DNA of 64,000 nucleotides, taken from assembly GCA_003971905.1 (NCBI GenBank), contig RSEE01000136.1:1-64000 (forward strand), written 5' to 3'. Both the position numbers and the translations under genes were made by a program. Positions 46,900 through 58,889 of this stretch are shown here, in pieces. Origin of the DNA: Moniliella sp. 'wahieum' (lineage: Eukaryota). Within the stretch, counting starts at the first letter, position 1, and each line of letters begins with the position of its first letter. Below the pieces are notes generated by a model that had not been told where the DNA came from, searched no databases, and was given only the letters and a program-made list of their open reading frames with translations.

Positions 46900-49056
46900 T
46901 CACACGGGTGGGTCGGAGGCGCGTACAAGGCGCTGTCCTGGGACGCCGAGCCCGACTCGGCGCGGGGGGTAGATGGCGCAGTTCAGTTTGGGAGCCATAG
47001 AAGGGGATCCGGAGGCGAGTTGTTCCACGTCCCTCTGTTGCGTGGCGGGGTGAGCTCGAGACCCAGAACGCGTGGCGCCGCCGTTCCTCCTGCGTCGGCG
47101 GCAGAGGAAAAGATGAGCAGGCCAGCGGCCGCTGCCAGGGCCAGCACACCACAAGGTACCGCCACGGCAATCGCTACGATCCCTCGGTGGACAAGCCGTG
47201 GTGGGAACTGTGAGCGCTGGACGAACTAAATGTAGGTGCTGGACCGCTATCTGAGCTGGACGGATTGGCATCTGGGCCTTCGCCCGACTGACTCAGCGCG
47301 GCACAGTTGCTCTGGTTGACAGCGGCGTTGGAGCCGAGTTGGGACCCAATGTTGGATACCAACGCCGAGCCGTCAGGCACGCTGATGGTCACGGCCCCCG
47401 AGCCGTCGGCGGTGGTACGCTCGACGGTATTGTTGCTGCCGAGGTGGGATGGCCGTCGGAGCGGGTTTCGAACGACAGTCCATTCACGTCGTGTGGTTGT
47501 TGCATCTGTGCCGGCGGCGAGGAGACGAGAGAGGTAAAACGTCTTGCCTGCCAACGAGGGTAAGTGAAGGTAAAGCTAACGCTGTTTCGGTTGGGTTGGT
47601 CTGGTTGGTGGTTGGGAGTTGATGAGGGCCAAGCCAGTCAGGGCATTGCCAGCATAGATGGCATAGGCCACCAGACGACCATTGTAGTTTCTGGAACGGA
47701 GGCCATGGAGATAGACGCGACACGGGTATTGCACTGTGCACCGATCACTTGTGCAATGGCCGCGTAGGCATAGTACGAGGAACGAACATGGGGCTGGACG
47801 CCGTTGGCGTAGATGGGTTGCCAGGGGGACGAGTAGGAAGTTTGGGTCATATGCATCTGTACCGAATTCATCTGCACCGTCGCAGCATAGAGGAAAAAGT
47901 TGAACGTCCATAGCGTATTGGCAAATGTGTCCGAGATCCTTTGATGCCTTCGGGCCCGATGGAGCCCATCTCGCGCAGGTAGTAAGGCCGACCAATCTGT
48001 TTGGCCTCCTGCGCTTGGTCGATCCATTCGGTAAGTTGATTCTCCGTGTTTGAAAGTCAAGCAGCCAGTCGTTCGTGATAGGGAAGTCGGACACGCCAAT
48101 GTAATACTGCTCATGCACAACGCATTATCGTCAGCCATGATGCCCCCTATGGAGTTTCCTTCCCATACTCAGGACAACTGGATGGCACACCCAGACGAAG
48201 CAGCGGGGCCGGGGGGGGGAAAGAAAACGTACAAGATAATTGTGCTGGTTAGCGCCGGCAATGAAGATACCGTTGCCCGTGGCAACGCCGTTGGTGTCCT
48301 GGACCAGGTTGGAGATGCGGTACGGGCGTCCATTCTTGTCGGCGGTGGTGGCGGGTGACGGCGGCCTCGAAAAAGTCAGAAGACTTGTTACGGGGAGCAA
48401 GACCTGGAGGGATGGCCTGGACACGAGCAATCCACTCGGCGCCATAATCTTGTTCGGAATAGCCTTCGGCGCGGTAATTGTTGACGACGTAGAGGTCCGG
48501 TTCGTTGCCCACCTCAAACCCGGCAATTTTGACGTTCTTTAGGTTGTCCAGCACGGCCGCGGCCTGTTCGACAATGCGCGGGATGGCATCCGAGCCATTG
48601 TACGCCAAGTTAAGGCCAAACGTGACGGGTGTGCCGGCGGGCAAGCGGTCGACGGCAGACAGGAGACCGTTGCCATAGTACCAACGTGAGGTGGTGTCGC
48701 CGCTTGCATTGTTCTGGAGAGAAGGCGAGGAGGAAGCCACGTCGTCATAGAGCATATTGTCGCCCGTGTTGCCGCCCAAGCGGAGGTGCGGGGGCACGCC
48801 AGTGTACTGGCCCAGGTTGGAGAGGAGTTGGTAGGTGAGGGGATTGACGGAGTTGGTGCCCGTGAAGGCAAGCACGTTGCTGGGCTCAATGCCGACGCCA
48901 GCAAAGGACGGGAGGAGGGTCTGGGACAGGGATGAGCCGGCGCCGCTGGCATTGAGCGCGGGGTGAGACCGACGGGCGACGGCTGCCGGCGGGGGCGACG
49001 GATGCGGCGGCGAGGGCGAGGGCCAGGGCGGTGGCAGCATGCCTGCAGAGACCCAT
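46900..49056 (-). CDS. Glycoside hydrolase family 79 (beta-glucuronidase-like), signal peptide plus C-terminal transmembrane helix; frameshifts
   Basis: Signal MGLCRHAATALALALAAASVA, then FAGVGIE, LRLGGNTGD, VTFGLNL, FEVGNEPDLY (NEP acid/base motif), SDTFANTLW..NF.LYAAT, HVR..YY, and TM segment IAVAVPCGVLALAAAAGLLIF followed by RRRRR. Confidence 0.92.
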
Positions 49057-52000
49057 GGCGAGCAGAGCGGGGACGGAGGGGGTGGTGGAAGAAGGAGGGC
49101 AGAAGGACGGACGGAGGCTGGGGAGTGCCAGAAGCGGGTGTGGGTTGCTTGGGCTGAGCTGAGCGTCCGCAGTGAGAGCGAGTGGTGTGGTGGGGGGGGG
49201 GGCAGGAGGCAGGCCGGGGGCGGAGAGCTGCTGAGAGGGGGGTGTGGAGAAGCGACGAGGGGCGGCCACACTCGCTCGAGCGGCAGACGGACTACTGGGT
49301 GCTGCGCTCGGAAGGCATACGCAAGACAGACCAAGTAGCGATGACGTTGGATGGACTCAGCTTGCTCGGGCGCTGAGTGAGCCAGTGGCGGGTGCGGCCT
49401 GGGGCAGTGACTATAAAAACTCGGGAACAAAAACGAAGGCCGTCTGAGATCTGAGATCTGAGATGCGACGCACCAAACACACCGAGAGTGCTGGCGGGGC
49501 GCCAGCGCTGCGGCTGAGCGAGCCCGACACTGCTCAGCTCGGGCTGAGTACTCCGACTGCGTACTACTCACGCCCAGGCAGCCGACGAGCAGCGCAGCCC
49601 GCCAATCGTCGCTAATCCAAGTAGGGATTAACGTTTAACGTTGATTCCATTTCCGCGGCAGGCGGGGGAGCGCTGATCGCTGATCGATGATCTGATCCCA
49701 TAGCGCTGCAGTGCCCAGTCCCCCGCTGCACCCTGGTGCGCCAACCCTAATCAGGCGGACGATGACGGAGCGGGAGGGTTAGACCGGTTCGAGGGGGTGG
49801 CAAACAACAGGCGATGTGCCCGGCACTACCACTCACTAGACTCACACTACCCATGGGCCGCAGGCACGTTTGGGCACTTGCCTTGCCAGCACATTATCTC
49901 TCCGACCCACCTTCCTTTTCCAGGCCATCCCCCACCGCATCACGCACATGTGTCACACACGAGCCCCCGTCCCGCAGCACACGCCACGCGCCACGCGCCA
50001 CGCCAGGCCACGCCCTGCCCCTCGCCTCACAGCGTCTTCAACGCATCTTGATCAACCCGTAAAAAGATGGCCCTGGAAAACAACGCAACCTTCTCCCACT
50101 TACGCGCGCCCCCTCCAACACTGTCGCATCATCCATCAACGTTCCACATCCCAGGTCGGAGCAGCCCGGAGCGCGGAGCGGTGGCTATATTTAGACGGGT
50201 GCGCTTACGCTTAATAGGACGAAGCTCAGCAACGCCCAGCCTACCAACAGAGTGTGAGTGCCTTGGAGCTTGGAGCTTCGCAGACGTTTTTAGCCTTGCT
50301 AGAATACATCCAAAGTGGTCTGGCCAGCATGGCAGAGGGCCTGGCAGGGCCTGGCCCCTAGGGTGCTACAAACGGTGACCAGTGCCCGCTCACGCGCTCA
50401 CTGCGCTGAGGCTCAGCGCTCAGCCTGAGCTCAGCGCTGACTACGATCGCTTGACTACTCCAGAGTGCCTCAGCCAGCGCTGAACGCTGAACGAACGCTG
50501 AACGCTGAACCGTTGAACATCGCTGAGCCTCAGCGCGCTGAGCAGATGGCATGCTCTTCAAGCTTCGAGCTTCAAGCGACCAGTCTGGTGAGTGAGTGAC
50601 TAGTGACTAGTGACTAGTGCTGTCCCTGCTCGGTCGCTCAGGCCGAAGTGCCCCTATAGATCCATTTCGCTCGCAGCCACATTGTTTTACACCTTCCGCT
50701 GTAAGTGCCTGAGGGGCCTGAAGCTTGAAGCCACCTGATGCTGAGCGCTGAGCCTCAGCGCTGATGTGATTAATCCTTCTCGTGGACATCATATCGCATT
50801 CTGCGTGGATCCCCCTCCGTTTTTTTTGCCCTGTTTGTCTTCGTCTATACCAATAACGTTCTCGAACGTGTAGAAAAATGCTAATGCCTAGTGCAGCACT
50901 ATACTCTGATCTTCAAGCTTCATCGCACCGGCCTGCCACCCCAGAACTGTGGAACCGGTATACATGTGGGATGCTACCACGGTTCATTACGTCCATTGCC
51001 AAGGCAAACGTGCTATATAACGCAAGGCTGCGCACTTTTACTTCGCTAATGCGTCTCTATCGGCCCATAGGCGCCGCCGGAAGGGCAGCCCAGGCAACCC
51101 TCGCAACAATCCAAACCCCCAAACCCCGCAGGAAAAAAAGAAAAAAGGCCCCCCTGAACTCTCAGGATCTCAGCATCCCAGGTCTCGATCTCATACACAT
51201 GGATCTCAGGATAATGCGAACGCTACAGTTACCGAACTGTGAGTTTAACATTTACTCAGTCTCGGGCGAGAGTCTGGTACCGAACCATTCATTGATCGAC
51301 CGTTGAACGCGCAGCGCTGAAGCTCAGCGCCTCAGCGCGCTCCGATCTCCTCGGACCGCGGACCTCTTGCCTCCGGACCAATTAGGTCGGCCGTCTCGCG
51401 CCTGGTCGCCAGTCGCCAGCATCCCCCCGCGCCCTCCGTCGAACTATTCTCAAGGAGAGCAAAGTTTTTAGTGCTTTCCAGAGTGAGCCCGTGAAGCGTG
51501 AGGGGGTGATCAGCAATTCATGGTCGGAGGCATGATGCATGATGCATGATGAGATGCATGATGACGCTGACATGTGACTGTGACATGTGGCTGTGACAGG
51601 GGTGTGCCTGGTTGTGCACAGAACTGGCTAGGCCCACTAGTGCGCCATGCCTGAATAGGAAGGAGAGAGGACAAGCGATATAGATATAGATAGATACGGA
51701 TGGCACAACCCTACCGCAGTGTACCCACCCGTACCACGTACCCTCCTATATGCGTGTCGCCCATTAATCATTCTGCATCAACCAGCAAGTTCAACCTTCA
51801 GTCCCCCCCACACGCCTCCCTCGCCCATCCGCACGCGCAGCCCCAGCCCCCACCACCACACCCCACAGACCGCCATGTCACAGTACATCGCAGCTGGGCC
51901 AGCGACCAGCACCAACTGCTGAGCTGCAGCGGCGTTGAAGCGCACCGTCAGTACACGCACTTGCCGTTCTCTCCGAGGCACCGTCAACTTCAATTGCTTC

Positions 52001-53107
52001 GATGGTCAGTACGACGTGGACGGAGGAAGAGGGTGCGTGTGCAGGCAGCGTCGGGTGGCCTTGTAACGGCAAGCCATCTGCTAAGACCCACGGCTATAGT
52101 TTGTGGGGGGAAAAGGGGTGCTGTCAACTCCGCAACCCGGGTTCCTACATCTTACTCATCGATCAAAGGGGCAAAGCATGTTCAGGGTGGAAACGGAAGG
52201 ATATGCAGGCCCCATGCAATTGCGCAGAATGGCTATGCTTTTTCAAGAGGTCTCTCAGAGGTTGGGCTGATAGGATCCGGCTCATGGTCAACCTCGTGCA
52301 GCAAGAAAACCCTGAACATCAGACATGCGAGGACACGATAGAGGCGGACGCTTTGCATCGAGGCGCGCGACCCTGAGGCCACACCTAATCGCACGCGTCA
52401 TATTGGCTCTGAAAAAGGAAGGAAGGAAGGAAGGAAGGAAGAAACGGAGCGTACCTTCTTTTGACTGTCCCGTTCATCTTTCCCGCGGGGGGGTGCGGAC
52501 CCTAGCGCATTGCTCTCTATGAGTGGCACTGAAGTCAATTTCCCGCTGCGACCACCGCCATTTCTCGTTCACCCTCAATCTAATTCAACGCAGGCGCCCG
52601 GATCCTGAGCATTCCGAACCGCTTGGCATCGGTGCGAAGGGTATAGAAAAAATTGATGAAGGTTGTGTTGGCCATCAGCCGTTGCGAACAAACGGGTCAG
52701 TGCGCAAGCGGTGAAATGGTTCGGTCCGATGTTCGTTGAGAATGACAGCTATTGTAACCAATGATCCAGAAACGATAGAGAGGGGCCACCAAGTGCCGAA
52801 GGAATGAACGCGAGAGACACAGAAAATCCTTTGTCATCCGTAAGCTTACCATGGAAAATGAGAGTAGATTCATCGCCTTACTATCTTGCTACAGTGCTTG
52901 GCTTTTGTCCGCTGCTTTTGCACATTCGAATGCTTGTCTCTCACGACGAATGAAAACGTCAACGTTGGTCCCATCTACGCATAGCGCAGAAGCGTTAAGA
53001 AAAGGGGGAATCCACCTCTGTTGACTTGGTGAATTTCTTCTGGTGTTCCTCGAACTTCGAAGCAGCCTGATGTGTCCCCCTTGGGGCCTCGTTCGATCCT
53101 CGATGGG

Positions 53108-54940
53108 TCACCTCTTGAACAAACGCTTGGAATTCGGCCAGCAACATACTACTAAAGTTGACGAGTGTGGTTCTCTATTTCGGCCGCTACTGTTTGCGTA
53201 AATGGGTAACATGCATTTCAGCACACAGTGGACTGCTTTCTCGAAAGGCACACAAAATCGGTTTCTTGCTTTGGGGGTGAGCGTGAGCTGCTCCACGTCC
53301 TCCAGCACCTCGCCCAAGCTATGCTCCAAGGCCAACAACATGTGGTCCTTATAAGCCTGGATTGGCACCGGGACCTGAGAGTTCGGCGTGCTGCCGATGC
53401 CAATTAGGAAATGCTCACACTCGGGACAAGATGGCTACGTTGGTTACTCGGCCCGTTCCTGCATCAACAGTTGTGCATGCATCCCGACCCTGTCATATCG
53501 GCCTCGGCCGATCCGCTGGATCCATCCTTGTTGTACCCAAGAAAGAGCGAAGAGGGACGTAGAACGTCACGCTGTCATCGGTGCCCGAGAGCGTGGCTCG
53601 CATTGGGCTCACCTCGCCGACCAACCATGCCTTGTACTGCGCTTCAAACTCGACCCGCTCACGCCAGGCCAGGACAAGCTCTTGCTGCCATGCCTTGGCT
53701 GACGGTTCACCGGACTGCCCACAGACCGGGTGAGGTGGGTGCGGTACTCGCGCGGCCAATTCCGGAGAGAGTGGGAGGGGATGGCGTGGGTGAGGAAGAT
53801 ACGAGGCCACGGTTATGGAAGCTGATTGCAAAGCGGGTGGGTGAGCCTGGAGGTAGGTGAGCTGGAGATAGGTGCAGGTAGTGGGGATCCTACCGTTATG
53901 CAATACTACACAATCCTTGTTGTGCGCTGGCTGGGTCGATCTGAGCGGCAAGGCCAATTGGCAATTGGAGTCAACTTTGAGGTCCCTCAACGCGCGGCAC
54001 TAACCTCAACTTATTGTTCCAGCCAATAAAATCATCGATAATCGCTAACCTCCAATCTACCAATGGGCGAGCTCCCCTGGATCCCTCCACTTCGCACCTC
54101 GCTCGGCTCGGACGTTACTAGTTACTACGTCTACGGCAGCTACACGGAAGGTACCGTCCAAGACGACTGAAGCAAGTTCGTTGACTCTGTTGGGTCCAAC
54201 GTCCCTAGGCTCACAGTGCCAAGGGTAACCGGTAACCCTTGGCAGAAAGTAGAGTAGGCGGCTCCGAGTAACCGAAATGACAAGCTAGGTAGCATAATAC
54301 ATCGCCAGAACCCTGCAGGGGTGGGGACGTTGCTATTTGCACATACTTCCCACAGGGAGAAGGGGGGGGGGGGGGGGGGCGAGACGGGGAGAACGGGTGT
54401 ATGGCGCGCGCGCGCCCCCTCCCCCACACCTCCCTGAGGTTCAACGGCGCTTCTTGCGTCCCTGGTTCATCTGAGCGGGCAACCAATCTGGGTCCACGTT
54501 TTCAGGAGAGGCGGTGTGTCGACAGCAGAGGAGATGGCTTGCTCTGCTGCTCCAGGTCGTGCGTAACCTCGTCGGCCGAGACGTCTTCACCAGCACGAAT
54601 GCGGGCGGCCAAGGCAGGTGAGATGCTGACCTTTTTGATTGGTTTGGAACCCCGGTGCACCACGTCCAAGGCCCGTGGTGGGTCGTAGGCACTGTGTAGG
54701 CAGACTTGGACTTCTTGCCCCGGCGCCGCTTGGGCTGGGCTGGCTTGCTCAGTACGCGGTAAAGCACCAGCCCCACAAAGCCCAACGCGCAGAGTGGGAG
54801 CGCCACCCAGGCACTGGTGAGGGGTTAGTGGCCTGTGCCTTGCTGTGGGGCCGTGAGGAGCGGTGAGAGAGCGGGGGACCTACAGAGAACGGTTTGTCCG
54901 ACGACATGAGTGCGGAGATGAAAGAAGGTGGTGGCTGCAT
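53108..54940 (-). CDS. Hypothetical spliced protein with N-terminal hydrophobic segment
   Basis: Consecutive minus-strand coding-like segments (LPLCALGFVGLVLYRVLSK...KRRRGKK; KAWQQELVLAWRERVEFEAQYKAWL; AYKDHMLLALEHSLGEVLEDVEQL) with GT..AG signals between them. No family recognised. Confidence 0.4.
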
Positions 54941-56024
54941 TCGTGGAGCTTCGCACCGACGGGCGAGTGCGAGGTGGACGCATCACGTGATACTTGAAAT
55001 GTGAAAGTTGGGAGGAGCAAGCACGCGGTTGACAAGCAGTTTCAAATTTCACCTTTCACCGCGTCTCTACCTGACAGCACTCAGTCTGAAGAGTACTCTA
55101 TATCAGAGTGCGGCTCCAACTTCCGAGATTCGCGCTCGCCTCAAGCTTCCAGTCTGCCTTCAGGTGTACGAAGCGACGCAGAAAAGGCTCTGACCTAGAA
55201 CCACCTAGATTAAAGCAAACACGACCAGAGAACGTCCATAATCAAGTACCCAGATGAGCGAAGTATAGTCTTGTTGAAGGCGCAAGCTGTCCTCAGATCA
55301 CCACTACTGTCCATCTCCCAATCGCCGTCCGAAGTATTCATCTGATGGAGATAGGCAGAAGAGGGTGCTTGGGTTTCGCAGATCCAACGGCTATCGGTGC
55401 CACAGAAAAGAGATTAGGTAGCAGGAATGATCAGTTTTAACGCGTTTTTGGTTTGCCGCATATCTGCCGAGGTTGTCTAGTAGCGAGACGTGCGGGGGCT
55501 GAACCGTGTTGAGATCCAGAGTAGGCTGTTACAGTGCCGTTGTAGTGGAGAAGGCAGCCTGGATTACTAGTGATGGTAGGCTCACAACATCGGTGCGTGC
55601 ACCCTTCTAGATATGAGGACGCTGACCTATCGCGACCCGACCAGGACAGCCCTTTTTGGAATGGAAGACCTGGCTCGCACAGCAGCCAAACTTTGAGTTA
55701 GGTGTAAAACCCACGCCATGGTTGCTAGTGCGCTGTTGCTGTCGTCAAAAGGATACTGGACCTGCCAGTGGGACTCACTGAGCCACGTTGCAATGCGCAG
55801 CCTGCAGATGAGCATGAGTTTGGGCCTATCCTGATCCATCCGTCGCCGTGGCAACACAGTACCGGCAACATTATCTTGGCCCTGAAAGCACTGCTCTGCA
55901 TCGCCCCCTGGGGTATAAGCTGCCCATTCGAAGGTTCAGGAGTGGAATCGGGCGGTAACTGGGAGGATGTTGGGCACCCACCGGCTCTGAGCAATTAGCT
56001 GAGCAATATTGGCTGTGGAATAGC

Positions 56025-56092
56025 CTGAGCCATATCGGAGCCATAGTCGGAGCCATAGTCGGAGCCATAGTCGGAGCCATAGTCGGAGCCAA
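56025..56092 (-). repeat. 12-bp tandem repeat (ATGGCTCCGACT)x~5
   Basis: Plus strand (GGAGCCATAGTC)n; translates to (MAPT)n on the minus strand. Confidence 0.9.
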
Positions 56093-58889
56093 TAGCGGAA
56101 CAAGAGACTGGGAGGAGTTGTGCGATCCAAACGGGAGGTGGATCTATCGTCACTTGCTTGACCACAAATCTCATCGTGCGCCCATGTGCACCCCCTCATC
56201 AGTAGGATGTTTGGGATAATGACCAAACGCAGCGACTGTGCACCAAGGGAGAGCGGGTTTTGGCCGCTGTGGCTGCTAACATATTGCTACTGCCCCCCCA
56301 ACGATTATCCTCTTCTTCTCTTTGTTGAGACGATGAAGAAGGCCAGTCCACATACCGATACAGCATCTCCCAAGCGTGTGCCAAAGTCGTTCACACCTTA
56401 GAGAGTTAGTTCGACTGTAGTCTGTCTGACCCCCCACGGAGAGATTTTAAGGTCTTCCTCGATTCGGCCTTCCACAGGGCAGACAAGTGACACAAGGACA
56501 ACATCGAAAGGAACTTCTTGCTGTCGCCCAGGGTCGATCGAACGTGCTCTACAGACTCTCAAGTCCCACAAGAACGCTTTTTCGAACCGTCCGATCCGAA
56601 CTATGCGAACCTCTCGGTCAGGATCATCACATGGAGCCGGACAAGGAAGCCACCTCCCGCGTCCTTCCCACATATACCACATCTCATAGATGTCATGGTC
56701 CCAGCGATGCATTCGGGAGCGAGAGGACCTTCATTTCATTCGGCCTATGTCCCCTTGCAACCTTCACATCTTCCCCACGCATCGTTCCTTCAAGATGAGA
56801 TGCATAGTAAGGGTCTGTGCCAGTTCGCACGCACGATGACACACAACCTGCAGGAGATGCAGCAATAAGTAACTCAATGCCACCTCTTTTTTGAGATGGG
56901 ATGGCCCTCAGCTTCTCTCTCAATATGACTCAGTACTTTTTTTCGTATTCGCCACGCATACTGCAGTTCGAGCATGCTCCGACAGTTGTATATATATATA
57001 TGGCGGGGGAGAGGCAAGCATCAGTCCGAGACTATATTCATAACATCCTTTTTCGTAGAAGAGATTAAGCTGCGTAAGGCTGGGAACGAAGAAACTGCGC
57101 TTAATCGCATCCCTCATCTGTGACGCGCGTGTGCTGCTTGAGTTTTTTCGTCACAACTGTCATATGATTGTGCTGGGCACCTCTCTGCTCCATAGAGGCC
57201 CCACACTGTCAGCACTAGTCAATGTCTCTGCTCAAAGCGGGACAAACACTGTAAAGCTGTGCAGGCCAGTGACTATTTGCTCCATGTGGCACCGATGGCC
57301 TGGGTAGGGTCGTGTTTGAGGGGTAAAGAAAAAAAAAAAGAGAATCCCGAAGAGAAAACCAGTATTACTTGGCGAAATCGATAGAAACCCCCCACATCCC
57401 CACGCAAATTAAATATACCCGCACTTTGAAAGTTTCCTCGCAGCCCAAGGCGCGGGTTGCAGCGTCGCTGGACAGCTGGCGAGGCTGACACACTGCGCCA
57501 CCACGCACTGGGCAGCCTTCAGACTAGCAACGATAGGCATAGTCAGTATATGTCTCACTTGTACTGTCACTTGTCACTTGGCTGCCACTACTTAGTATGT
57601 TGCGCCCACCATTGGCAGCTTTTCGCCACCCATAATCCATTCGGGCTGCCCTGAGCGCCTGCTGGCTTGAGCACACGCGCGACACTCGCCCCACCGGGCG
57701 TCGTGTGTCGTGGGATGCATGACATGTGACATCCGCCGCGTGCACCTTCTGTCGTCGCGTTGGGGAAGACTGCTGGGCGCGAGTGCAGACGTACCCTCTC
57801 AGGTGCGTACAGCCGGAAGTGCAAAAACACCCCGCCGCAATCACAATAGTAGTTACTACATCGGGCCTTTTGTTCCTACATGTATAGCCGCACGGACTGT
57901 GACACCGTGCGAGCCGACAAGCGTCGAGAAGAGGATGCACTCGTCGAGGTGCACGAGAGTGCGCGAGCAGTAGAGCGCAGTGCGCATGGTCGTGCACAGA
58001 GCACAGTGTTGGCCTCCTCAGCCGGTCGAGCTGCTCTGTCTCTCTAAATCGATCCAAACCCCCAGGCCCAACGCCGCCTCGGGGCCACGGAGGCTGTGTT
58101 GTCCCTCTCGCTGGCTGGGCAGAGGCGAACGGATGGATGATGCATGGGAGCCGTAGGCCGCGTTGGGCTCTTCTGGCTTGCCTCTGCACTAGTCCGCACC
58201 AAACGTAGAAGCTTATTCGCCGTGGTATATGCGCGAATTTGCCTTAGTCCATAAGCAAGAGAGCAGCCAGGCCGCCCAAATTGGCGCAGAGTCAGTTCAG
58301 TGCCTGCCTCGCCACCATCCACCCCCCCTACCCCCTAATCTCCCCGCCACCACCTCCTCATTGACCGCCACCACCACTCATCCACTCCCGCCACCGCCTC
58401 ATCCACTCCTGCTACCGCCACCTCCACCCCCCGAACCCCACGATGCCTCCATTGGCAGCCGGCACAGCGTGGGGCCCGCATCCACGCTCACACACTGCCA
58501 ATGTTCTCTCGCACGTGCTCCTCCTGGTTGTTCTCGGCGTTGGATGCACCACCTGGTGTTTTGTGCTGCGCTTCTTCCTCTATCACCTCTGGTTCCCCGT
58601 TGGCTGGCTGGACAGCCTTCTCTTTCTCATGTTCTGGCGCCCCCCTCGCTTTCCTACAGGACCTCGTCGTTGTCTTACCTGATCTGGCGCGTAAGGAAGG
58701 GGCGTTCCTTTGCAACGTGCTCGAGCGCTTCTATCATATTGCGCTGTTGGGTTGGCTGATGCGGCTTATCACGGCATTCGCCGAGTGCCGCAGCGAAGAA
58801 GACCACGAACAAGACACCCACCGCACCTTGACACACCCCAGGCACCCCTGGGCGCTTCCCGGGCCAAATCCCTCTTTGTCTACTATTAG

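Noticed and set aside
26285..49056. Calling the frameshifted genes pseudogenes or programmed frameshifts
   Set aside because: Every recognised gene is affected, key motifs are intact, and similar small indels hit invariant rRNA positions, so sequencing or consensus error is the simpler explanation.
52417..52443. (GGAA)n run
   Set aside because: Ordinary short microsatellite without a palindromic core.
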